A stretch of 64,000 nucleotides of DNA from an uncultured Candidatus Saccharibacteria bacterium. GTDB taxonomy: Bacteria; Patescibacteriota; Saccharimonadia; Saccharimonadales; Saccharimonadaceae. Under the pieces are notes generated by a model. That model was not told the DNA's origin and searched no databases. It saw nothing but the letters and a program-made list of their open reading frames with translations. A program made the position numbers and the translations under genes. The stretch spans positions 2,949 through 66,948 of the forward strand of contig CAMVCW010000004.1 of assembly GCA_947166125.1 (NCBI GenBank). Direction: 5' to 3'. Shown piece by piece: positions 45,783 to 56,098 of the stretch (within the stretch, counting starts at the first letter, position 1; each line of letters starts with the position of its first letter).

Positions 45783-46124
45783 ATGAATCTAGACAAATAT
45801 CAGAAAAGGGCGGCAGAGTTTGATCTTTTTGAGAGTTCGGTGGATCTGAAATCTCCAGGTTTTTTGGAGAAGGTACTCGGTATAACAGGAGAAGCAGGTG
45901 AAGTCGCAGATAAAGTTAAGAAAATTATTCGCGATAAAGGTGGATACGCTTCCGATGACGACAAGGCATCTATAGCTAAAGAGCTTGGCGACGTACTGTG
46001 GTACGTGGCAAATGTGGCACGGTATCTGGGTGTGCCTTTGTCAAAGATAGCCGATGGTAATATAGACAAACTGGCTAGCCGTAAAAAAAGAAATAAACTA
46101 CATGGTGAAGGAGATAATAGATGA
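45783..46124 (+). CDS. MazG-like nucleotide pyrophosphohydrolase
   Basis: GEAGEVADK..KELGDVLWY. Confidence 0.85.
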   Translation: MNLDKYQKRAAEFDLFESSVDLKSPGFLEKVLGITGEAGEVADKVKKIIRDKGGYASDDDKASIAKELGDVLWYVANVARYLGVPLSKIADGNIDKLASRKKRNKLHGEGDNR

Positions 46125-46855
46125 GAATATTACAACTAAACGTATGGACAGGGCGAATTAAAGGAGCCTTGCTTGATTTCTTGAGGAATAATGATTTTGA
46201 CGTAATCTGCATACAAGAGGCGGTCTGGAGCAATGGTAAGCAGAAAGAGCTAGAAAATTTCTTTGCAACGGTTGACCAAATTAAAGAAGCTAGCGGACTA
46301 GAATATGAGTCTAGAAGTTCAAACTGGGGCATGCGTATATTTTCCGAAGATAACATTATGGAACAAGGCAACGCTATCTTAAGCAAGAGCGAGATAGCAG
46401 AAGAACGCAATGACTTGGTCCATAATAAGTATGGAATAGTAGAAAGTGTACAAGATTTTTATGAACATGCTTATACTCTACAGGTTGCAAAGCTAAAGAA
46501 TGGGTTAAATGTAATAAATCATCATGGATATTGGAAGCCTACACCTATGGGAGACGAGACAACCGTAGAAGTAATGAAAAAGGTTGCGAATGTGGTGCGT
46601 AGGATTAGTGGGCCCGTGGTAATGTGTGGCGACCTAAATATCGTACACGAAGCTCCAGCGATGCGAGAATTAGGCTTTTTGAGGGATTTAACACATGAAT
46701 ACCATATAGACAATACGCTATCTGGGTTAAAATTTAATGGGAAAGTGGCATGCGATCATATTCTAGTCAATGATGCTGTTAGAGTGAAAAGATTTAGAGT
46801 TTTAGACGACATAGTATCTGACCATAAGGCTCTAGTTGCAGAAGTCGTCATTTAA
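46121..46855 (+). CDS. Endonuclease/exonuclease/phosphatase family protein
   Basis: LNV, CIQE, CGDLN, CDHI, SDH motifs. Confidence 0.85.
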   Translation: MRILQLNVWTGRIKGALLDFLRNNDFDVICIQEAVWSNGKQKELENFFATVDQIKEASGLEYESRSSNWGMRIFSEDNIMEQGNAILSKSEIAEERNDLVHNKYGIVESVQDFYEHAYTLQVAKLKNGLNVINHHGYWKPTPMGDETTVEVMKKVANVVRRISGPVVMCGDLNIVHEAPAMRELGFLRDLTHEYHIDNTLSGLKFNGKVACDHILVNDAVRVKRFRVLDDIVSDHKALVAEVVI

Positions 46856-46894
46856 AATATCCCCGGTTTTTAGCCGGGGATTGGGGGCCAGCGA

Positions 46895-47563
46895 CTATCG
46901 CCGTGAGCAAATTGGCAGATTTTTGGTATAAACCATACCAAGAGTCTCGATATACATCACGCCGTTAGCCATGTATTTGCTCTGAGGATATAGCAGATCC
47001 AGAGAGCTCCTACCGAACCTGTAAACATTCCTAGCCACTACCTCTGACACAATATAAAAGGTGTTATTGGTGGGCGGCGGGAATTTTTGTTCAATACCGC
47101 CATCTGAGAGGACAGTGATTTTTCTTAGGCGGGATGCAACAACGGGAACGTCGTTGATTATGGTGCCGAGGACCTTTGCTGCAACTGGCTGAACTGGATC
47201 ATTGAAACATACATACGCTTTGCCGGCTGGAGGGAGGACGTCGGATTCGCCATTTCTGTCGACAAATACGATTGGCTTGCCGCAGAGATTAACGAGTTTG
47301 ATCTCCGATGTTGCATCTTTGGCTTTAGGGCAAATCTCTGGAATCGCTCCTTTGATAGCTTGCTCATCTTGCCCCTCGTGGGCAACGCCGTCGACGAAGC
47401 CGGCGTACTCTAGAGCAGTTTTCCAATCGCCGAAGTAGCGAAAATATGTACTTCGGCTCGCCATCTCTGGGGTAAGGTCTTTTTGTCTAGGGGCTCTGCC
47501 GAGCTCGTTGCCGAGATTCGCAAGTGCATCTGAGAGGATGCGTTTGTTATAGCATTTGGCCAT
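46895..47563 (-). CDS. Fusion of a homing-endonuclease-associated repeat-like domain and a phage-type domain
   Basis: N: LGRAPRQKDL..SRSTYFRYFGDWKTALEYAGF; C: LVNLCGKPI..LPPAG..FYIVS..DLLYP. Confidence 0.55.
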   Translation of the reverse strand: MAKCYNKRILSDALANLGNELGRAPRQKDLTPEMASRSTYFRYFGDWKTALEYAGFVDGVAHEGQDEQAIKGAIPEICPKAKDATSEIKLVNLCGKPIVFVDRNGESDVLPPAGKAYVCFNDPVQPVAAKVLGTIINDVPVVASRLRKITVLSDGGIEQKFPPPTNNTFYIVSEVVARNVYRFGRSSLDLLYPQSKYMANGVMYIETLGMVYTKNLPICSRR

Positions 47564-47744
47564 TATATCACCTTCTATAAAGAATTTTACAGGCGAAAAG
47601 TGCCTACTTCCCACCTTAGTAATACTTTTCATTATAGTGCTATTTTTAACCAAAAGCAACCTGAAGCATTTTGGAATATGGCAAAGCCCCGACTATGAGG
47701 TCGGGGCAAAGTGACTATGCGGGGTATTTCTGTTTTACTGCACG

Positions 47745-48017
47745 TCAAGGCCAGGCCTTGCTGATGAGCTCGCCTATGGAGCAGAGCTCTGTTCTTGTGA
47801 TGATGTCGCTCTGGCAGATCGCCTTAGCGAGGCTCTTGTACTTCTTGAAGTCGGGTTTTTCCGTGAGGCCCAACTCCTTGAAAAGTCTCGTCGTGTAGGC
47901 GATTGCCAGCGACGTCGGCGTTTCCGCCCTGGTGTCATCATGGATGACCCTTCTGATGCTTTTTCCATTGTCCCCTAAAGGGATGCTTTTTCCATTGTTC
48001 AGCGTAAAAATCAACAT
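47745..48017 (-). CDS. Hypothetical protein with a short NGKSI tandem repeat
   Basis: SD GGAGG; own TTGACT-N17-TACAAT promoter; downstream gccccgac/gtcggggc hairpin. Confidence 0.6.
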   Translation of the reverse strand: MLIFTLNNGKSIPLGDNGKSIRRVIHDDTRAETPTSLAIAYTTRLFKELGLTEKPDFKKYKSLAKAICQSDIITRTELCSIGELISKAWP

Positions 48018-48136
48018 TTGTATACCTCCAATGTCAAATAAAGTACTCGCCCACAATTAATGGGTCAATTTAATTGTAGCATATTATGTGAAAAAAGTCA
48101 AGCTTAAAAGGGTTATCGGTTCCTTGGTAACAAAAA

Positions 48137-48156
48137 TCACCCCTGTAACGGGGTGA
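48137..48156 (-). terminator. Terminator of the 16S transcription unit
   Basis: tcacccc/ggggtga stem followed by a U-tract on the minus strand. Confidence 0.75.
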
Positions 48157-48318
48157 AATTTGTTTAACAACTTAGTTGTGCAATTTCATCTGTAGTTAAA
48201 AGCTTAATGTTACGTCTGGCGGACCAGAAATGTTATGATTCAAGCTTGCATAATCATAACCGTAACCGACCTAGATACATGCGTCCTTACGGATTCATGC
48301 TCATCAATTCCTTCTCAA

Positions 48319-49854
<1,536 letters not shown>

Positions 49855-49977
49855 AGTAATGTTAAATTTGAAAACTCAACATAATAAATAAACTGACGAT
49901 GATTAATTGCACAACTAAATTGTTAAACTATTTTCAAAGACTCTTAAAATAACTTCTCGCAGCTTTGAACTGTTACC

Positions 49978-50006
49978 ATCTTATCGCAGATTATTAGTTT
50001 TGTCAA
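49978..50006 (-). promoter_or_regulatory. 16S promoter
   Basis: TTGACA-N17-TAAGAT. Confidence 0.7.
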
Positions 50007-51108
50007 CACTTTTTTTGGAGATTTTTGGATAATTTTTGCGATTTGGTATAAACCACCAAACAATTAGACCAATCCCAGTCGCAATGAGTGCGATTATCCA
50101 CCATGGCATGTTTATTTCCCTACTATGATTTTCGGTAGGATACGGCTCGGCACCGGTGTTGGGAGCTTTCGTTAAGTTATCTAATGCGGTGCGATTTATC
50201 GGCAATTCTATTGACTCTGGGATATCGCTAGCGGCGCCATAGCCAAGCTCTTCTGTGCGGCCCGGAGTTACATCGCTAGATATTGGTTCTGGCGTGTCCG
50301 GAATATCTGAAGTGGGTTCAGTTTCATCTGGAATACTAGGCGCATCTGGCACGGTAGAGGGTTCTGGTTCTACAATTTCGGCGCGGGGCGGAAAGAATTT
50401 CATCCACTTGTCGCCAGAAATCATTAGTTTACACTCCGCGCCTTCTTCGTAATCTGACGCATTAATACAATCTGAGTAATTTGTATAGCCCATAGAGTTA
50501 AAACCTCTAGTGCCGAATATGGCGTGGTCTAGCTTGCCAGAGGTATTTAGTAGCAGATCTGAACCCGGCACAGGTATTTCTATTTCTTGCCAGGCGGGGA
50601 GATGCGCAACATCTAGACCTTCGGCGATACTGTCATATACCGTATGCAGTCCCTCTATTTCGCCGCTAATAAACTGTGGGCGATAAAAATTATAGATTTG
50701 CCCGCGCCAATCATCAAACCAAGCAAGATAAAAGGAATTAAGGCGAATTTCTTCTTTAATACCCATATGAGTAAGCATTCTGTCTTCGTCGAAAAAGAGG
50801 ATTTTTACCGTTTCTTCCTTGGGATTAATAGAGGTAATCCAAAGTTGCCCTTCTATAAGATTATTGAGTGCGCTATATTTGTTCCCTTTTTCTACCATCG
50901 TCATATCGAATTCTTGCGTGCACTCTACGTCTCCGCCGCAGAGAGCTGCTTTTTCCTGCTCTACCTGATTGTAAAAATCCAACATTTCTGCTACGGACCA
51001 CCAGGTGGTACCATCATATCGCACCGCAGCGGAAGCTTGATTTGGCACTGTGGCAGCTAGAGCGCTAATGGTTAAAGTTAGTATTAGTAGGGGGATTTTT
51101 CTGCCCAT
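49981..51108 (-). CDS. Secreted surface protein with Pro/Glu/Thr-rich stalk, APNTG motif and C-terminal TM anchor
   Basis: Signal peptide; KAPNTG, then a TM helix and basic tail. Confidence 0.75.
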   Translation of the reverse strand: MGRKIPLLILTLTISALAATVPNQASAAVRYDGTTWWSVAEMLDFYNQVEQEKAALCGGDVECTQEFDMTMVEKGNKYSALNNLIEGQLWITSINPKEETVKILFFDEDRMLTHMGIKEEIRLNSFYLAWFDDWRGQIYNFYRPQFISGEIEGLHTVYDSIAEGLDVAHLPAWQEIEIPVPGSDLLLNTSGKLDHAIFGTRGFNSMGYTNYSDCINASDYEEGAECKLMISGDKWMKFFPPRAEIVEPEPSTVPDAPSIPDETEPTSDIPDTPEPISSDVTPGRTEELGYGAASDIPESIELPINRTALDNLTKAPNTGAEPYPTENHSREINMPWWIIALIATGIGLIVWWFIPNRKNYPKISKKSVDKTNNLR

Positions 51109-51319
51109 AAAACTCCTTTTTTAATTTTAGTTAGGGGAGTATAGGCATAGGTAGGAGAAAAATTCAACCCCTAGCGAGAAATTTTGTAAGTATAAACGAG
51201 TTTACCTCTGATATTTTGGGGTTTATGCTTGCGGTTAATGCTAAGCATAGACGGAATGATCAAAGCGAAAAATAGGATTTTGGCTATGAGGATTTGGCGA
51301 AGTGTGGTATAATTTAGCT

Positions 51320-51394
51320 ATAAAAAGAGAAAGTCTCTAGGAAACTTTCTCTTGATTGGTTTATCTAACTAGTGCGGAGCTAGTTAGATTTTTT
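51320..51394 (+). ncRNA. Convergent antisense sRNA, copy 2
   Basis: -10 TGGTATAAT 51305-51313; hairpin with a CUCUAGGA loop; terminator tctaactag/ctagttaga plus T6. Confidence 0.6.
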
Positions 51395-51451
51395 ACTTCG
51401 GCGTTTCCGATTTGGAAAGATGATACATAACAGATTGATCTGTATGGTCAT
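51380..51451 (-). CDS. Type I toxin-like peptide, copy 2 (MTIQINLLCIIFPNRKRRSKKSN)
   Basis: SD AAGGAGA; first 21 aa identical to copy 1. Confidence 0.65.
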   Translation of the reverse strand: MTIQINLLCIIFPNRKRRSKKSN

Positions 51452-51658
51452 TTAATTATCTCCTTCCTAGGATCCTAGTTCGCCTAGAATAACCGTTTAG
51501 TGGACCCTCACACAACCACAAACTCTTTTTAGGGCTTGTGAATTTTGTGTCCACTAAATCCCGAAGCCAACCCGGCGTTATTGTTAGCATAGGTGAGAAA
51601 ATATTTCAACCCCCAGCGGGTGGCTTATGGTTAAGATTATAATGGCTGGGGTTAAATT

Positions 51659-53122
51659 TTAGCGGGCGAGGCAGCGGACTGGAAAACCATAAGATTTGCG
51701 ATCCGCATTAGTCGTACTAAAAATATTCCCATAAAATATAGGTGCATAGGCATTAGAAACGCCAGAAGGTGTACCAAGCCAGTACCAATTATATCCTGCA
51801 TATGCGATCGCTCCATTAAATAAACCGGCTCGCGTAAAATAGATAGGACTAATCCTTAGTTTTGACGTATTAGGCCCGTAAAGGTCATAAGTTTCTGCTA
51901 ACGTAGCGAAATCATTTACTGTTTTAGCCATTGGCAATTTCCAATTGCTCGAGCATACAGAATTAGGCGCATTGTTACTGGTTAGTGTGCTAGTATTGTT
52001 ATTTGCTACAACTGCAGACCAATTGTAATAATTTCCTATGTGATAATGAGTGCAGTCGTCGTGCCCCGCATTGATACATTCTTGTAACGAGGTGTATGTT
52101 GTATCGTTTGCGGTGGAATTTGATGTATATATGTATTTATCTCCAGGATTAGCAGAATACGGCTCAGTATTACTATCAACCCAACCATCCACTGTAGTGC
52201 CAGTAAAGTTTATGGTAGAGTGACCTTCGGTTGGTTTCCAGGTGGCAGTTTCGTCACCTGTAGTCCAACCTAAGTCTGTATCGTAATGGGTATAGGTTCT
52301 AGTATCGTCTATGTCCAAATCTAAGTTCTGTGTCATCCAACAATTATTGTCTGCTAGTTTTGCTATCCAGTAGACTTTATCGTCTCGTATATCTATGACT
52401 TGGAGCTGGGATCCTATATCTTCAGTCTCTTCGCAGATGGTATGCGTCATATCTTGCATTTTGTAGTAGCCATGGTAGAGTTCTTTACCTTCTTTAGTAT
52501 AGGCATCAGCTAGGGTGATGGGAGTTGGTTTAGTAATTGCAGTGAAGTTAATGATATTAGTATAGGTACCGGATGGTTGAGTACTACCTGCTTTAGCTGC
52601 TATTTTGAAGTTAATAGTATCATTGCTTGAACCAGAGTTTTTCTTTAATCTAGTGGGATTATTTGTAGTGTATAATGGTAAACCATTATAGTTAGACCAA
52701 GTAGTACCATGATCTAGTGAGTAGGTATAGCCCCAGGTATTGTCTGTAGTGAGAGCAGAGAGATTGGCAGTGGTGGGGATGCTGGAGAATACATCCGTAT
52801 TGTCAGTATGAGTGAAATTGGTGTTATTGTATGTTTCGTTTCCTACTGTAGCATATAGATTATAGCCATAGACGTTGTTAGTAGCTACATTAACTAAGAT
52901 TTCATTACTAGTGTCTGTGGTGCTGGGAGAGAGATTAGGGATGGTGAGATTATTTGGAGATAGACTAATGGAAAGAGTGGGATTGAAGGTGAAGTTGATG
53001 CCTACATCGCTTTGGTAATTTAATGCAGAAGCGCTGGGAACAGAAACTAAAACTATTGCTAAGCTGAAAAGCATTAATAGTGTGTAGACAATGTATAGCT
53101 TTTTGAATATGATTTGCCGCAT
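51659..53122 (-). CDS. Surface protein, type-alpha N-domain plus FISUMP-like C-domain
   Basis: NNCWMTQNL, GNYYNWSA, SVCSSNWKLP, FPVRC; N-domain similar to 8105-9934. Confidence 0.8.
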   Translation of the reverse strand: MRQIIFKKLYIVYTLLMLFSLAIVLVSVPSASALNYQSDVGINFTFNPTLSISLSPNNLTIPNLSPSTTDTSNEILVNVATNNVYGYNLYATVGNETYNNTNFTHTDNTDVFSSIPTTANLSALTTDNTWGYTYSLDHGTTWSNYNGLPLYTTNNPTRLKKNSGSSNDTINFKIAAKAGSTQPSGTYTNIINFTAITKPTPITLADAYTKEGKELYHGYYKMQDMTHTICEETEDIGSQLQVIDIRDDKVYWIAKLADNNCWMTQNLDLDIDDTRTYTHYDTDLGWTTGDETATWKPTEGHSTINFTGTTVDGWVDSNTEPYSANPGDKYIYTSNSTANDTTYTSLQECINAGHDDCTHYHIGNYYNWSAVVANNNTSTLTSNNAPNSVCSSNWKLPMAKTVNDFATLAETYDLYGPNTSKLRISPIYFTRAGLFNGAIAYAGYNWYWLGTPSGVSNAYAPIFYGNIFSTTNADRKSYGFPVRCLAR

Positions 53123-53164
53123 CTTACCTCGCTTATTCCCTTTGGTTAATAGGTTTACTTAGGA

Positions 53165-53378
53165 TGCGGTGCCATCTTTGTAATATATGAAAAGGCGTAT
53201 ACAAAAATGGCACCGCAAGGTGCTTTATCATCACTATTACTAACCAAAGCTTATTCGCCTAACTTAGAACATTGATGCCTTACGGCGCCATTGATAATTC
53301 TAAGTAAATAATGGCGGACAAGCTTTTAAAAAACTTTGGTCTTGTTAATAATAATGATAAAGCAATTTAATTATAGCA
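53165..53378 (-). ncRNA. Structured 5' leader, copy 4
   Basis: -10 TGCTATAAT 53370-53378; P1 53346-53364/53221-53239; box A 53278-53292; box B 53205-53220; box C 53165-53175. Confidence 0.8.
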
Positions 53379-53424
53379 CGGAAAGTTTGGCAGTAGCAAA
53401 TAAAAATAACAGAGGTACAGCAAA

Positions 53425-53452
53425 AATTAAGCCAGATTTCTCTGGCTTAATT
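53425..53452 (-). terminator. gyrA terminator
   Basis: aattaagccag/ctggcttaatt stem with a U-tract on the minus strand; insulates leader copy 4 from read-through. Confidence 0.7.
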
Positions 53453-53470
53453 CCCTGTCCTTTGCTTTAA

Positions 53471-56089
53471 TTATTTTTTTGATTCTTCGGACTCTGTTTT
53501 ATCTTGTTCTTCTTCGGGAAGAACAATGCCGATAGAGGCTACAGTATCGCCTTCGCCCATCTTCATGATGCGCACACCCTGGGTAGCACGACCAAGGGTT
53601 GGGATTTCTTTCATAGCTACGCGGATAGCTTGCCCCTTGGTAGACATCATGATTACTTCCTTAGCGAGCGGATCTAAGGTGTGAACCGCTACGATAGGAC
53701 CAGTTTTCTCGGTAACGGCGGCAACTTTGATGCCTACGCCACCGCGCTTGTGTGGCGGGAAGTTGGATACCAAAGTGGCTTTACCGTAACCATTGGCAGA
53801 CACCACGATGAGCTTTTGCTTAGGATCTGTTACTACGTCCATACCGACAATCTCGTCTTTCGGGCGGAGACGCATACCACGCACCCCCATAGCGGCGCGA
53901 CCCATGGCGCGGACTTCTTTTTCGTTGAAGCGAGTAGCCTGGCCGGCAGAGGTACTAATGACGATATCGTTCTCTCCTGTCGTTTCTTGTACCCATTTTA
54001 GTTCATCACCTTCATCTAGCTTAATAGCAATGAGGCCGTTGCTGCGGACATTGAAGAAGTCTTTAATAGCGGATTTCTTGATGGTGCCTTTCTTGGTAGC
54101 CATAAAGAGGTAGCCGTTAGCACCAGCATCGCCTTGCTTGATGATGGCGGTGATTTTTTCTTCTGGGTGCATATTGAGCATATTTACAGCGGCGGTACCC
54201 TTGGCAGCTAGAGAGGCCTGTGGTACTTCGTAAGCCTTCATTCTGAATAATCTTCCTTGATTGGTAAAGAAGAGCAAGAAATCGTGCGAATTAGCGGTTA
54301 GGATTTGAGCAATAACATCCTCTTCCTTGGTGGTCATACCGCGCTTGCCCTTGCCGCCACGGTTTTGCTTGCGGAAATCGGTCTGCGGAACGCGCTTCAT
54401 GTAGTTCTCTGAAGTGAGGAGAATAACGCTTTCTTCCTCTGGGATAAGCTCTTCTTCGGAGAATTTGCCAACTTCGTGGTTGATAATCTTAGAGCGGCGC
54501 TCATCACCATATTTAGCTTTTAAGGCAATAAGTTCTTCTTTAATTACCCTTAGAATTTCATTTTCATCGGCCAAGATAGCCTCTAATTTGGCGATAAGTT
54601 CGTGGAGTTGTTTCAATTCTTCTTCGATCTTGTCGCGTTCTAGGCCTTGGAGACGGCGAAGTTGCATTTGCAAGATAGCGTTGGCCTGAATTTCTGACAA
54701 ACCAAAGCGGGACATAAGCTGTTTATCGGCGTCGTCGTAAGAAGAGCGGATAACCTTAATAACTTCATCTATATTATCTAGAGCAATCTTTAAGCCTTCC
54801 AAGATGTGAGCACGTTCTTTGGCTTTCTTTAGTTCAAATTCGGTGCGGCGACGGACTACTACTTGGCGATGCTTGATGAATTCGCCGAGAATCTCTTTGA
54901 GCCCTAAGATGCGTGGCTGGACACCATCCACTAAGGCAAGCATGTTGTAGTGGAAAGAAGTCTGGAGACCTGTCATCTTGTAAAGTTGATTCAGAATCTT
55001 CTTTGGGAAGGCGTCTTTTTTAAGTTCTACTACGATGCGGATTTTACCACGAGCAGACTCATCACGTGCATCAGCAATGTGATCTAATTTTTTACTCAAG
55101 ACAAGTTCGCGAACTTTTTCAATGAAGCCCTCTTTGCTCATGCCATAAGGTACTTCGGTGACTACTATGTTATAGCGACCATTTTTACGCTCTTCTATAT
55201 TGGCAACGGCACGGATTACTACAGAACCCTTACCGGTGGCATAAGCCTGGCGCATTGGTGCGCCACCATAGACTTCGGCGCCGGTTGGAAAATCTGGGCC
55301 CTTGACGTGTTTCATGAGTTCGTCCAAAGTAATATCTGGATTATCTATCTGAGCAACGGTGGCATCTACTAATTCGCCGAGGTTATGTGGCGGGATATTG
55401 GTAGCCATACCCACAGCGATACCCATCTGGCCGTTTAAGAGAATATTCGGGAGGGCGGCCGGGAGCACTACTGGCTCTTGCTCTGTACCATCGAAGTTGT
55501 CGCGGAAATCTACGGTATCTTTTTCGATATCTGTTAGAAGTTCGGCGCCTACTTTATCCATGCGAGCCTCAGTATAACGGTAGGCAGCTGGCTCATCACC
55601 ATCCATGGAACCGAAGTTGCCCTGGCCCTCGATAAGGGTATAGCGCATTTTCCAAGGCTGAGCGAGGTTAACCATCGCCATATAGATAGACGAATCGCCG
55701 TGTGGGTGGTATTTACCCATTACGTCACCTACGATACGGGCAGATTTCACCGTGGCATGAGGAGCCTTCCAGCCGTTTTTATTCATGGTATAGAGAATAC
55801 GGCGATTTACAGGCTTTAAGCCATCGCGTACATCAGGGAGAGCACGGTCAATAATTACGGACATAGAGTACTTGAGGAAGTATTCTTCCATGGTGTTTTC
55901 TACGCCACGCTTCTCGATACCGTCCACAGTGCCATCAGAATTGTCATCTTCGGACACGCCGCCTTCACGCCCGTCGTTACGGGGTTCAGGCGCTCCTTCG
56001 CTCCTCGATAGTCGCGCAAGGTCCTCAGAAGACAATTCTTCCGGCTTTTGCGCTTGGTTATTCTTATCTTTACCTTCGTCTTTTGCCAT
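53471..56089 (-). CDS. gyrA: DNA gyrase subunit A
   Basis: YHPHGDSS, AAYRYTEAR, GyrA-box QNRGGKG. Confidence 0.97.
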   Translation of the reverse strand: MAKDEGKDKNNQAQKPEELSSEDLARLSRSEGAPEPRNDGREGGVSEDDNSDGTVDGIEKRGVENTMEEYFLKYSMSVIIDRALPDVRDGLKPVNRRILYTMNKNGWKAPHATVKSARIVGDVMGKYHPHGDSSIYMAMVNLAQPWKMRYTLIEGQGNFGSMDGDEPAAYRYTEARMDKVGAELLTDIEKDTVDFRDNFDGTEQEPVVLPAALPNILLNGQMGIAVGMATNIPPHNLGELVDATVAQIDNPDITLDELMKHVKGPDFPTGAEVYGGAPMRQAYATGKGSVVIRAVANIEERKNGRYNIVVTEVPYGMSKEGFIEKVRELVLSKKLDHIADARDESARGKIRIVVELKKDAFPKKILNQLYKMTGLQTSFHYNMLALVDGVQPRILGLKEILGEFIKHRQVVVRRRTEFELKKAKERAHILEGLKIALDNIDEVIKVIRSSYDDADKQLMSRFGLSEIQANAILQMQLRRLQGLERDKIEEELKQLHELIAKLEAILADENEILRVIKEELIALKAKYGDERRSKIINHEVGKFSEEELIPEEESVILLTSENYMKRVPQTDFRKQNRGGKGKRGMTTKEEDVIAQILTANSHDFLLFFTNQGRLFRMKAYEVPQASLAAKGTAAVNMLNMHPEEKITAIIKQGDAGANGYLFMATKKGTIKKSAIKDFFNVRSNGLIAIKLDEGDELKWVQETTGENDIVISTSAGQATRFNEKEVRAMGRAAMGVRGMRLRPKDEIVGMDVVTDPKQKLIVVSANGYGKATLVSNFPPHKRGGVGIKVAAVTEKTGPIVAVHTLDPLAKEVIMMSTKGQAIRVAMKEIPTLGRATQGVRIMKMGEGDTVASIGIVLPEEEQDKTESEESKK

Positions 56090-56098
56090 ATTTTCTCC

